Of a DNA stretch of 64,000 nt, positions 40,565 through 50,343 are shown one piece after another (position 1 is the stretch's first letter; each line of letters begins with the position of its first letter). A model generated the notes under the pieces. That model did no database searches and was not told the DNA's origin. It saw only the letters and a list, made by a program, of their open reading frames with translations. The stretch comes from an uncultured cyanobacterium (GTDB lineage: Bacteria > Cyanobacteriota > Cyanobacteriia > Cyanobacteriales > Nostocaceae), in NCBI GenBank assembly GCA_963740315.1, contig CAVUDP010000002.1:864001-928000 (forward strand). Direction: 5' to 3'. The position numbers and the translations under genes are program-made.

Positions 40565-41160
40565 AAAGGTTGATTAATAATTCTCCCATGATTGTTACAC
40601 CAAAGCGATTTACAATCGACGAATACCATCGACTGATTGAACTCGGTTTTCTAACGGAGGGAGATAGAATTGAGTTGATTCGGGGGGAACTGATTCAAAT
40701 GGCTGCAAAAGGAACGTTTCACAGTGTATGTAGTTCTATTCTTTGCCGTCAATTAGATCGAGTTTTAGGAGATAAAGCAGTTATTCGCGGACAAGATCCA
40801 GTTACACTTTTAAATAACAGCGAACCCGAACCAGATGTAGTTATTGCAAGGGGAAAAGATGAAGATTATCTTGCTTATCATCCCTATGTTGAAGATATTT
40901 TATTAGTTATAGAAATTTGCGATAGTACTTTAAATTACGACCAAACAACAAAGCTAACGTTATACGCAGAAGCCGGAATTACTAATTATTGGATTGTCAA
41001 TTTACAAGTTAGTCAGCTTGAATGTTACAGTCAGCCTTATCAAGATGCTCAAGGTGAATTTAATTATCTCAGCAAGCAGATTTTTCTCTCAAATCACTCG
41101 GTAAATATTCCTGGATTTGAGGATGCTTTGTTGGAATTAAATAGAATAATCGGCGGTTGA
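40561..41160 (+). CDS. Uma2-family endonuclease
   Basis: RFTIDEYHR, ELI.GELI.M, SEPEPD, YAEAGI..YWIVNL; alternative ATG at 40588. Confidence 0.9.
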   Translation: MKRLINNSPMIVTPKRFTIDEYHRLIELGFLTEGDRIELIRGELIQMAAKGTFHSVCSSILCRQLDRVLGDKAVIRGQDPVTLLNNSEPEPDVVIARGKDEDYLAYHPYVEDILLVIEICDSTLNYDQTTKLTLYAEAGITNYWIVNLQVSQLECYSQPYQDAQGEFNYLSKQIFLSNHSVNIPGFEDALLELNRIIGG

Positions 41161-41258
41161 AACCGCGACTAAACAGGCGAAATCCACCTCCGTGGATTCT
41201 GAAAATTATAACCCGCGCAGGTGGGTTTTGTTTGTGTAGCCGCGAATTATATTCGCCA
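41148..41258. repeat. Multi-hairpin dispersed repeat supplying the Uma2 stop codon
   Basis: GCGGTTGAAACCGC, AATCCAC..GTGGATT, ACCCGC..GTGGGT and GCGAAT..ATTCGC stems. Confidence 0.6.
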
Positions 41259-41311
41259 GGTGTATTTCAAAATCAACAATTGCTAACTGCTCACTGCTCA
41301 CTGCTCACTGA

Positions 41312-43258
41312 TTAAGCCTCTCTCCCCGAAGCCCAAGTATCGCGCCACTTAACAGTACCTTCACTGGCAATTACCCAACGACGAGCTAACAAGTTTTCCC
41401 GTAAAGGAGAAGTCCCTTCGCGCAAGATTACATATTTATAACTAATAAGTTTACCGGCGCTTTCATTAAAGGGAATCTCGCTAAACCAAGTATTTGAATT
41501 AATGTACTCCAAAGGATATGCTTTACCGATATCCCAGTTACCTAATTCCGGACAATCACCAATTACGACAATTCTTTCACCGGGTTTGGTATCTACTCCA
41601 TTTAATTGCGCTCTAACTATTGTTTGCGCTTTCAATCTTTCCCCTACATGACTGATAACGATCGCCTCTTTTCCACCAAGTTCTAAGTTATAAATTTTTC
41701 CATCTTTGACTTCAAATTTACGCCCGGTTAATACGCAGGTATGTTCTCTATCGGGTAACTCGGTATCTACTTCTTCTACGGTAACGGCATCACCTCTATT
41801 CAAAGCGACAAAGCAGCGCGAGCCGTTATAGCGGCGCACGTAACAGAAAGTATCTGGTGTAACATATTTCTCCCACTGACTACCCATCGATATCGCCGGA
41901 TTTAAACGACGCAACCCCGAAAGCTTCCGCATATCCCAATAAATAGGGGTTTCGGTATCCCATTTATCCATCATCGGACGGTTGTAGGGATCGTTATTTC
42001 CGTAGATGTTATCATTGCCGTTGGTATCGTTATGCAGATATTGTTCGGTACCGTAAAATAAGCAGGGAATTCCGCGACTAGTCATTAAAAAATCAACCGC
42101 TAAACGCAAATTATCGATATCTGGGTTAATAGTCAGGAAGCGGTGCATATCGTGGTTATCGATAAAAGTGATCAATTCCGTTGCACCGTTGTAGCGATAA
42201 TCCTGCTTTAAAACATCATTAACTAAATAAAACCCAGATTCATCATTCGTTCCTAAAGCTTGACGCAGTGCCATGCACAATCCAAAATCTAGTATAGTCA
42301 TACCAGAGTTATTGACAAATTCTACAGAGCGATCGTCATCTGGGCGGCTGTAAATCCATTCCCCAAAGATAAATACGTCAGGTTTGTGGTTGTACATTTC
42401 GCTGTTAAACTCTTGCCAAAACCAAATTGGCATATGCTTAACTGTATCTACCCTTAAAGCATCAACTCCTCTATCCAACCACTGCTTGATTGCTGATTTT
42501 ATATAACTTCTATACTCAACATTATTTTCATTAAAAGTTGCTAAACCCGATAATTCGCAGTTTTGTACCTGCCATTCACTTTCCCAATCGTTTACTTCCC
42601 CATAATGGTGATACCAGTTGCCTTTATCATCGTTGAAATCGGCAATTTTCACGCCATCATCGTAAAGTTCACCTTTACTACCACCCGTATCGGGGCTGCT
42701 ATGATTGCACACAATATCTAATATCAATTTCATATTGCGCTTGTGCAATTCTTCAACCAAGCGATCGAAAACAGTATTTCTAGTATCTTGAGTTTTATTC
42801 AAAGAAGGTTCATCGTCGGGGGCAATAAACCGAGGATTCAACCGTTTAAAATCCTTCGTCCAATAGCCATGAATTGCCGCACTTTCAATAAATAATTCTT
42901 CAACTTGCTCGAATAAAGGAGTTAACCAAAGAGCGGTAACTCCCAGATTTCTCAAATAATCTAATTTATCAATAACTCCTTTTAAATCTCCTCCCCAATA
43001 CTTCCCCCATTCTTGGCAATCGGGATCGTAAAGTTCCGAATTAAACCCTTTATTATTCTTAGGATTGCCATCGAAAAAACGGTCAACTACAAGAAAATAG
43101 ATAGTTTCTTGGCGAAATTCAATATCCCTAGTGTAGAGAAACTCCAAATTAATATCGGCATCAGAATCAGGAGTTTCTATAATCGCTTTAACTTCAGCTT
43201 GGGGATTTTCTACTTGATATTGAGCTTCCGTTGATTGAGATGGAGGAGTACTTACCAT
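41312..43258 (-). CDS. GH13 alpha-amylase/cyclomaltodextrin glucanotransferase-like enzyme with CBM20
   Basis: YWGGDL.G, HGYW..DF, D.V.NH, RVDTVKH, FGEW, FIDNHD; C-terminal G..PELGNWD starch-binding module. Confidence 0.92.
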   Translation of the reverse strand: MVSTPPSQSTEAQYQVENPQAEVKAIIETPDSDADINLEFLYTRDIEFRQETIYFLVVDRFFDGNPKNNKGFNSELYDPDCQEWGKYWGGDLKGVIDKLDYLRNLGVTALWLTPLFEQVEELFIESAAIHGYWTKDFKRLNPRFIAPDDEPSLNKTQDTRNTVFDRLVEELHKRNMKLILDIVCNHSSPDTGGSKGELYDDGVKIADFNDDKGNWYHHYGEVNDWESEWQVQNCELSGLATFNENNVEYRSYIKSAIKQWLDRGVDALRVDTVKHMPIWFWQEFNSEMYNHKPDVFIFGEWIYSRPDDDRSVEFVNNSGMTILDFGLCMALRQALGTNDESGFYLVNDVLKQDYRYNGATELITFIDNHDMHRFLTINPDIDNLRLAVDFLMTSRGIPCLFYGTEQYLHNDTNGNDNIYGNNDPYNRPMMDKWDTETPIYWDMRKLSGLRRLNPAISMGSQWEKYVTPDTFCYVRRYNGSRCFVALNRGDAVTVEEVDTELPDREHTCVLTGRKFEVKDGKIYNLELGGKEAIVISHVGERLKAQTIVRAQLNGVDTKPGERIVVIGDCPELGNWDIGKAYPLEYINSNTWFSEIPFNESAGKLISYKYVILREGTSPLRENLLARRWVIASEGTVKWRDTWASGREA

Positions 43259-43467
43259 ATAAATTTGTTTAATTTGTGCTTATTTACTTAAGTAATTCAA
43301 TGCTGCTAACGTCAAATCCGTATTCTTACCAATATTTCTCTTTTTCCGTATTTTAATCATTAGAATTGTATTTTATTACTCATTTAGTGGAATACCACCT
43401 TTTTTATATCTACGTCTTCATTCTTTGGATAGAGATTATTTATCAAGGGAATAGGGAGTTATTCTTA

Positions 43468-43520
43468 GTTTGTAGTAAGGAATGCGCGTCCTAATAAGGG
43501 CTGAAGCCCTGACTACGAAC
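43468..43520. repeat. REP-like palindrome, GTTCGTAGTAAGGGC family
   Basis: GTTTGTAGTAAGG ... GGGCTGAAGCCCTGACTACGAAC. Confidence 0.75.
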
Positions 43521-43526
43521 AAATGA

Positions 43527-44081
43527 TTATTGATAATTGTTAATTGTTAATTGAGAAGACTGCAAACCGTGCATATGATTAAACAAACCCCAACAATATT
43601 CTTCAGGTAACTTACAGGTAATCGCACCTCTTAATACAACGTTAAAATACCAATCATTGGGTGCCATCTCTTCCAAAAGTTTGTTTACCACCACATAGGT
43701 GCGGACATTTTTATATACCTTTCCTTGAAAATCAATATCTACAGACTCTTGACGATAGCCACCACGCGGTACATCTTCGCGCTTATCCAAGCTTTCGCTA
43801 AGCCTTGAAGGTAGTCGATAAAGTACTCCATGCACGCTGCTACTAGAATCTTTTACCACATCCAATACGCCACATTTACGGAAAGCACTGTAACGGTAAA
43901 ATCCCAATCTATAATTCTTGAGGATTCCCGCACCCATTACATAAGTGTGGGTATTTTCACCCATAGTGCGCTTCAAATCCACCGGACACATACAGGAACC
44001 GTAAGCGAAATAATAAAACATCGGTTGATGAAGTTGCGATCGCTGCCGATTGTGAGATTCGCGGTGAGTGTGTTTACTCAT
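43527..44081 (-). CDS. Gamma-glutamylcyclotransferase family protein
   Basis: YFAYGS.M, V.GVLY.L, LD.RE....GGY. Confidence 0.88.
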   Translation of the reverse strand: MSKHTHRESHNRQRSQLHQPMFYYFAYGSCMCPVDLKRTMGENTHTYVMGAGILKNYRLGFYRYSAFRKCGVLDVVKDSSSSVHGVLYRLPSRLSESLDKREDVPRGGYRQESVDIDFQGKVYKNVRTYVVVNKLLEEMAPNDWYFNVVLRGAITCKLPEEYCWGLFNHMHGLQSSQLTINNYQ

Positions 44082-44163
44082 CTATCTACAGAAATATTTA
44101 TTACATAAGTAAATATATCAATAAATTTGTCTTTTGAGTGTAACAAGCATTTTCCTCAACCTT

Positions 44164-44307
44164 AAAGGATGTTTGACAAGCCACAAATAAGACCAGAAGA
44201 CTTTCGAGATCCCTTAAAAAGGGGGACTTTAACCCCCCTTTTTAAGGGGGGAAGGGGGGATCAAAGCAGTAATGAGGTAACAACAGATACTTTTTTGCCC
44301 ATCCTCT
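44164..44307. mobile_element. MITE-like element
   Basis: AGGATGTTTGACAAG ... TTTTTGCCCATCCTCT termini with internal CCCCCTT..AAGGGGG palindromes; related left end at 62470. Confidence 0.55.
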
Positions 44308-44438
44308 TCGGTTTCAAATTTTAATCGCCGCGTGTTTATATTTACTTGATTAACAGTTAAAACAGATACAGGGAAGTTAAAAATAATTTCCTAAATGTCT
44401 GCGTAAATAAATATCAAATAAATATATATAAATTCAAT

Positions 44439-46799
44439 ATGGCACAATTAGATAAAAAATCTTTGAGCGAGCAGGATATATGTACTAAATATATCACTCC
44501 GGCTTTGGTGGAAGCTGGTTGGGATATAAAGTCTCATCAGGTACGTCAAGAGGTGAGTTTTACTAAGGGTAAAGTTTTAGTACGCGGTAAGTTGACTAGT
44601 AGAGGTGAAAGTAAACGAGCTGACTATATTCTTTACTATAAAGCGAATATTCCCATCGCTGTAATAGAAGCGAAAGATAATAAGCATAGCGTTGGCAGCG
44701 GGATGCAGCAAGGGTTGGGCTATGCTGAGATACTTGATATTCCCTTTGCTTATAGTTCAAATGGTGATGCTTTTTTAGAACACGATCGCACTGGGATAAC
44801 TGGTAAAATTGAGCAAGAATTGAGCCTCGATAATTTCCCTTCACCCCAGGAGTTATGGCGGCGTTATTGTATTTGGAAGGGAATTGGGGAAGCTGAAAAT
44901 AAGATAGTTACTCAAGATTATTATTCCGATGGTAGCGGGAAGAAACCACGTTACTATCAGTTGACGGCAATTAACCGCACAATTGAAGCGATTACCTTCG
45001 GTAGAGCTTCGCTTAACGCCAAGGGTGAAAACCGGATACTATTGGTAATGGCTACGGGTACGGGTAAGACTTTCACGGCTTTTCAAATTATTTGGCGGTT
45101 GTGGAAGTCGCGCACTAAAAAGCGGATTTTATTTTTAGCTGACAGAAATATTTTAATCGATCAAACTAAGACTAACGATTTTAAACCTTTTGGTAAGGCG
45201 ATGACTAAAATTAGTAAGCGTCAAATTGATAAGTCTTATGAGATTTATTTGGCGCTTTATCAAGGGGTGACGGGGAATGAGTCAGCAAAGAATATTTATA
45301 AGCAGTTTTCTCCGGAATTTTTTGATTTGATAATTATCGATGAATGTCACCGGGGAAGCGCTGCGGAAGATTCAGTTTGGCGAGAGATTTTAGAGTATTT
45401 TAGTAGCGCCGCGCAAGTTGGTTTGACAGCGACACCAAAGGAAACTAAAGATGTTTCTAATATTGATTATTTTGGCGAACCAATCTATACTTATTCGCTG
45501 AAACAAGGTATTGAAGATGGATTTTTAGCGCCTTATAAAGTAATTCGGGTTGATATTGATAAAGATTTATCGGGATGGCGACCAAATGCAGGACAATTAG
45601 ATAAATATGGTCGGGAAATAGAAGATAGAATTTACAATCAAAAGGATATCGATCGCACTTTAGTTTTAGAGAAGCGGACGGAATTAGTTGCGAAGAAAGT
45701 CAGCGAATTTTTGAAAAAGACGGATAGATTTGCTAAAACTATTGTATTTTGCGAAGATATTGACCATGCAGAAAGAATGCGTCAGGCTTTGGTAAATGAA
45801 AATGCCGATTTAGTATTACAAAATCGCAAATACGTGATGCGAATTACTGGCGATGAGAAGGAAGGTAAAGAGGAGTTAGATAACTTTATTTTGCCGGAAA
45901 GTAAATATCCGGTAATTGCTACTACTTCTAAGTTGATGACAACGGGAGTAGATGCTCAAACTTGTAAATTAATAGTATTAGATCGACGCATTCAGTCGAT
46001 GACTGAGTTTAAGCAAATTATCGGTAGGGGAACTAGGATTAATGAAGAATATGGTAAAACTTATTTTACAATTATAGACTTTAAAAAAGCTACAGAATTA
46101 TTCGCTGACTCCGACTTTGATGGCGAACCCGTACAGATTTACGAACCAAATATAAACGAATCTATTGTACCAGTAGAAAAGAGTGAATTTAAATACGGTA
46201 CCGAAAAAGTAAATCAAAAAATAGCGGGAGAAAAACGGACAAAATATGTAGTTGATGATGTAGAAGTTTCAGTTAGTGCGGAAAGAGTTCAATATTATGG
46301 TAAAAACGGCAAGTTAATTACAGAATCATTGAAAGACTATACTCGTAAAACAGTTAGTCAAGAATATGGCTCTTTAGATGACTTTTTACGGCGTTGGAGT
46401 CAGTCAGATAAAAAGCAAGCAATAATTAATGAATTGCACGAACAAGGAATTTTATTTGAAGCCTTAGAAGCAGAAGTTGGAAAAGATTTCAATCCCTTCG
46501 ATTTAATTTGTCACGTAGCATTTGATAAACCACCATTAAGTAGAAAACAACGCGCTCAAAAGGTTTATAAAGGCGATTATTTTAGTAAATATAGCGAAAA
46601 AGCGAAAGCGGTTTTAACTGCTTTGTTAGATAAATATGCTTCAGAAGGAATAGAGGAAATTGAAGGAATGGCAGTTTTGAAAGTTCCACCGTTTACAGAA
46701 TTAGCAACACCGATGGAAATTATTAATTTGTTTGGTGGTAAGCAGAAGTATTTAGCAGCATTAGGGGAATTGAAAACCGAACTTTATCGGGTAGCATGA
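44439..46799 (+). CDS. hsdR: Type I restriction enzyme subunit R (EcoEI/EcoAI-like, short form)
   Basis: ADY.L...IEAK nuclease motif, [28 protein letters not shown]. Confidence 0.95.
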   Translation: MAQLDKKSLSEQDICTKYITPALVEAGWDIKSHQVRQEVSFTKGKVLVRGKLTSRGESKRADYILYYKANIPIAVIEAKDNKHSVGSGMQQGLGYAEILDIPFAYSSNGDAFLEHDRTGITGKIEQELSLDNFPSPQELWRRYCIWKGIGEAENKIVTQDYYSDGSGKKPRYYQLTAINRTIEAITFGRASLNAKGENRILLVMATGTGKTFTAFQIIWRLWKSRTKKRILFLADRNILIDQTKTNDFKPFGKAMTKISKRQIDKSYEIYLALYQGVTGNESAKNIYKQFSPEFFDLIIIDECHRGSAAEDSVWREILEYFSSAAQVGLTATPKETKDVSNIDYFGEPIYTYSLKQGIEDGFLAPYKVIRVDIDKDLSGWRPNAGQLDKYGREIEDRIYNQKDIDRTLVLEKRTELVAKKVSEFLKKTDRFAKTIVFCEDIDHAERMRQALVNENADLVLQNRKYVMRITGDEKEGKEELDNFILPESKYPVIATTSKLMTTGVDAQTCKLIVLDRRIQSMTEFKQIIGRGTRINEEYGKTYFTIIDFKKATELFADSDFDGEPVQIYEPNINESIVPVEKSEFKYGTEKVNQKIAGEKRTKYVVDDVEVSVSAERVQYYGKNGKLITESLKDYTRKTVSQEYGSLDDFLRRWSQSDKKQAIINELHEQGILFEALEAEVGKDFNPFDLICHVAFDKPPLSRKQRAQKVYKGDYFSKYSEKAKAVLTALLDKYASEGIEEIEGMAVLKVPPFTELATPMEIINLFGGKQKYLAALGELKTELYRVA
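44993..45016. mobile_element. 24-nt double-hairpin in-frame insertion in a HIP1 site
   Basis: GCGAT|TACCTTCGGTAGAGCTTCGCTTAA|CGC; removal restores GCGATCGC and the sequence EAIAKG. Confidence 0.85.
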
Positions 46800-46807
46800 T
46801 TTATTTG

Positions 46808-47301
46808 GTTCGTAGTAAGGGCATTGGTTCCCTCATAATTCCCGTAATATTTCGCATTTTACACCATTCGCGATTAGCCCAGATACCCGCCTCGGAATCA
46901 ATTCCAAGGCTTATATACAAAGTACGTTGAAAACGTACTAAAAGCCTTGCCCAGTCTGATTTATCAGACTTTGTGGTGGGTTCCTGGGAATTTATTCCAA
47001 GGCGGTTATCGCGACTGGTGTAAGATAAATAGGACTAAATATCAATTTATATGTAAGTTTTGTGGGGTGCGTTAGGCACACAATTAACGTAATTTTTTGA
47101 TTCACCAGAAAATTACGGATTAAAAAACCGCAAAGAGCGCGGAGAGCGCAGAGGAAGAAAGTAAGGAATAGGATTAATATTGGAATTCATCCGCCGTAAA
47201 GCACCAAAAAGTAGTAAATAATGCAATAATTATCCGTTATGTATTTGTTTGTAGTAAGGACTTTAGTCCTAATTCCGAGGGCTGAAGCCCTTACTACGAA
47301 C
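46808..47301. repeat. Nested cluster of REP/MITE-like elements between hsdR and hsdM
   Basis: GTTCGTAGTAAGGGC arm; inner TTACACCATTCGCGAT...ATCGCGACTGGTGTAA element; GTGGGGTGCGTTA arm; complete palindrome at 47247-47301. Confidence 0.7.
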
Positions 47302-47336
47302 GAAAAAATAATTCCTAATTCCTATCTTCTTAAACC

Positions 47337-48785
47337 ATGTCCATCAGCACTACTGTAAAAACTATCCAAGATATCATGCGTATTGATGAAGGTGTCGATG
47401 GTGACGCTCAACGCATTAGTCAGTTGACTTGGATGATTTTTCTTAAGGTTTTTGACGATCGCGAAACGGAATATGAAATTTTTGATGATGATTATGTTTC
47501 GCCTTTACCGGATGAGTTGCGCTGGCGAAGTTGGGCTGCGGATACGGAGGGAATTACGGGTGATGAGTTGCTGGATTTTGTTAATAATCAACTATTTTCT
47601 ACGCTCAAAAATCTTAATTTAGATGAATCTGACTCGAAAGGGCGGATTATTCGCGATGCTTTTGAAGATGCTTTTAATTTTATGAAAAATGGCACTTTGA
47701 TGCGTCAGGTAATTAATAAGCTCAATGAAATTGATTTTAATAATTCTAAGGATAAACAACTTTTTGGCGATATTTACGAACAAATTCTTAAGGATTTGCA
47801 AAATGCTGGGAATGCTGGCGAATATTATACTCCTCGCGCTGTAACTCAGTTTATGGTGGATATGTTAAATCCGCGTTTGGGTGAAAGAATTTTAGATCCG
47901 GCTTGCGGTACTGGTGGTTTTCTGACTTGCGCTTTGGAATATTTGAAAAAGCAGGTGAAAACTGTTGAAGAAAAGGAAAAGTTACAGCGGTTAATTGCAG
48001 GGGTGGAGAAAAAACCTTTACCTCATTTGCTGTGTATTACTAATATGTTATTGCATGAAGTGGAAGTTCCGGAAATTCGTCACGATAACACTTTGGCGCG
48101 TCCGTTACGAGATTATAAACCCCATGAAAAGGTAGATTTAATTGTTACTAATCCGCCGTTTGGTGGCAAGGAAGAAGACGGAATTGAAACTAATTTTCCT
48201 GCTGCTTACCGTACCAAAGAAACGGCAGATTTATTCCTAGTTTTAATTATGCATCTTTTGGTTGATGGCGGACGAGCGGGAATTGTTTTACCCGACGGTA
48301 CGCTGTTTGGGGAAGGTGTGAAAACCCGGATTAAAGAAAAGTTGTTAAGTGAGTGCAATTTACATACAATCGTGCGTTTACCCAACGGTGTTTTTAATCC
48401 CTATACAAGTATTAAAACTAATTTATTGTTCTTTACAAAAGGGAAGCCGACAAAAGAAATTTGGTATTACGAACATCCTTACCCAGCGGGTTATAAGTCT
48501 TATTCTAAAACAAAACCGATACGGATTGAAGAATTTGCAGTTGAGAAAGCTTGGTGGGATAACCGCGAAGAAAATGATTTTGCTTGGAAGGTTTCGGTAG
48601 AAGATATTATTGCTAATGGTTACAATTTAGATATTAAAAACCCCTATCAAGAGAAAGAAAAACATCGGGATTTAGGGGAAATGTTACGGGAATATGGGGA
48701 ATTAAATGCTGGTTTGAGCGAGACGAGGAATTTGTTGAAGGCTGAGTTGATGGGAGCTTTGGGGGATGATGGAGAGAGGGGGTGA
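47337..48785 (+). CDS. hsdM: Type I R-M N6-adenine methyltransferase subunit M
   Basis: GEYYTPR, DPACGTGGFL, NPPF, IVRLP.GVF.PY. Confidence 0.95.
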   Translation: MSISTTVKTIQDIMRIDEGVDGDAQRISQLTWMIFLKVFDDRETEYEIFDDDYVSPLPDELRWRSWAADTEGITGDELLDFVNNQLFSTLKNLNLDESDSKGRIIRDAFEDAFNFMKNGTLMRQVINKLNEIDFNNSKDKQLFGDIYEQILKDLQNAGNAGEYYTPRAVTQFMVDMLNPRLGERILDPACGTGGFLTCALEYLKKQVKTVEEKEKLQRLIAGVEKKPLPHLLCITNMLLHEVEVPEIRHDNTLARPLRDYKPHEKVDLIVTNPPFGGKEEDGIETNFPAAYRTKETADLFLVLIMHLLVDGGRAGIVLPDGTLFGEGVKTRIKEKLLSECNLHTIVRLPNGVFNPYTSIKTNLLFFTKGKPTKEIWYYEHPYPAGYKSYSKTKPIRIEEFAVEKAWWDNREENDFAWKVSVEDIIANGYNLDIKNPYQEKEKHRDLGEMLREYGELNAGLSETRNLLKAELMGALGDDGERG

Positions 48786-49034
48786 TGGGGTGATGGGGTG
48801 ATGGGGAGATGGGGTGATGGGGTGATGGGGAGATAAAGATAATTTTAACTGCGTGGGTTTAAGAGATTATTAAGCAAATAATATTTAGGAATAAATAGAG
48901 GATATCGTGTTTTATTCAAAATCTTGGAAACCTAACCCCCTAACCCCCTTCCCGGAGCAGGGAATGGGGGAAATATCAAAGCTTTTCTCCTAAGAGGATT
49001 AAGGTTTGGAGAGAGGTTAAACGGAGGTTTATTG

Positions 49035-49655
49035 ATGGCGTACAGTAATTTTACCTTAGCTAAAGTTAAAGCAGATTTTGGGTTAACGGTTGATGAAACG
49101 CAAAATTTATTTAATAATATTCCAGCCGTTGAGCCATCGGAAATTTTAACTATGATTTTGCAAGATTATATTCCATTGGCTACTGCAATTGGCACAGAAA
49201 AAGCTCGATCTGAATTTCTGATTGCACCGATTTTAAGTGAAGTTAGAAGGCAATTAAATAATCAAGTTAGTTTATTTTCTGGTACGGATTTTAATGTCGA
49301 TATTGAAAAAGGACTTTTGGGATACTGCGATTTTTTAATTAGTGCTTCTTCAGAGCAATTTTTTATTAGCGCTCCGGTAATTAATATTGTAGAAGCAAAG
49401 AACGAAAATATTATTAGCGGATTGGGACAATGCATTGCGGAAATGGTAGCATCTCAGATTTTTAATCAACGTCAAGGTATTGATATTCCGGTTATTTATG
49501 GTGCAGTTACCAGTGGGACTAATTGGCGTTTTTTGATGTTAAATGAAACCTTAGTTTGTATTGATATGGTGGAATATTATATTAATCAGGTTGATAAGAT
49601 TTTAGGAATTATTATAAATCCGATTCAAGCTTATTTGGCGAGGGTTAATGCGTGA
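49035..49655 (+). CDS. Stand-alone PD-(D/E)XK nuclease-like protein (cyanobacterial family)
   Basis: EKARSE..I.PIL, G.CDF, VEAK, GLGQC.AEM.A, YG.VT.G..W.F. Confidence 0.75.
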   Translation: MAYSNFTLAKVKADFGLTVDETQNLFNNIPAVEPSEILTMILQDYIPLATAIGTEKARSEFLIAPILSEVRRQLNNQVSLFSGTDFNVDIEKGLLGYCDFLISASSEQFFISAPVINIVEAKNENIISGLGQCIAEMVASQIFNQRQGIDIPVIYGAVTSGTNWRFLMLNETLVCIDMVEYYINQVDKILGIIINPIQAYLARVNA

Positions 49656-49741
49656 ATATAATAAATTTTGGTATTATAGGAATACTAAAATATAGAATTG
49701 TTTAATAAAACTTATAACTTTATAGGAAACAAGGTAGTTAA

Positions 49742-49972
49742 ATGTTTGAACGTATTACTTTTGACCCGCAAATTATGGGTGGACGCGCTTGTATTCGCGG
49801 TATGCGAATTACTGTATCTTTGGTGTTGAGTTTGGTTGCAAATCGGATGACAACTGAGGAAATTATAGAAGCTTATCCTTATTTAGAAGCAGAAGATATT
49901 CAAGCTAGTCTTCAATATGCAGCATTTCTAGCTAACGAACAAATTCGTCCTTTTACCGAAAAAACAGCATGA
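49742..49972 (+). CDS. DUF433 antitoxin-like protein
   Basis: RI..DP.IMGG.ACIRG.RI.V, EI...YP.LE.EDI.A.L.YAA. Confidence 0.9.
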   Translation: MFERITFDPQIMGGRACIRGMRITVSLVLSLVANRMTTEEIIEAYPYLEAEDIQASLQYAAFLANEQIRPFTEKTA

Positions 49973-50334
49973 AATTTTTGGCGGATATGGGTGTTTCTCC
50001 TTTGACAGTTCAGGTATTACGACAAGCAGGATACGATGCTATACATCTAATCGAAGAAGGTTTAGAACGTATGCGTGATGAGGAGATTGTAATCAAAGCA
50101 AGGCAAGAAGAACGAATTATTTTAACTTTTGATTTAGATTTTGCTGAATTATTAGCACTAAGTAAAGCGAGCTTACCTAATGTGATTATTTTCCGTTTAA
50201 AAAATACTGTTCCTCAATTTGTCAGTAGTAGATTACTAAATCTAATTTCTGAGTATGCAGAACAATTAAATTCAGGTGCAATTGTAACAGTTGAAGATGC
50301 ACGTTACCGCGTTCGGCAATTACCGCTTCAATAA
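49969..50334 (+). CDS. DUF5615/PIN-like toxin
   Basis: MKFLADM, D.EI...A..E.RI.LT.DLDF; ATGA overlap with DUF433 gene. Confidence 0.88.
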   Translation: MKFLADMGVSPLTVQVLRQAGYDAIHLIEEGLERMRDEEIVIKARQEERIILTFDLDFAELLALSKASLPNVIIFRLKNTVPQFVSSRLLNLISEYAEQLNSGAIVTVEDARYRVRQLPLQ

Positions 50335-50343
50335 AAAATATTT

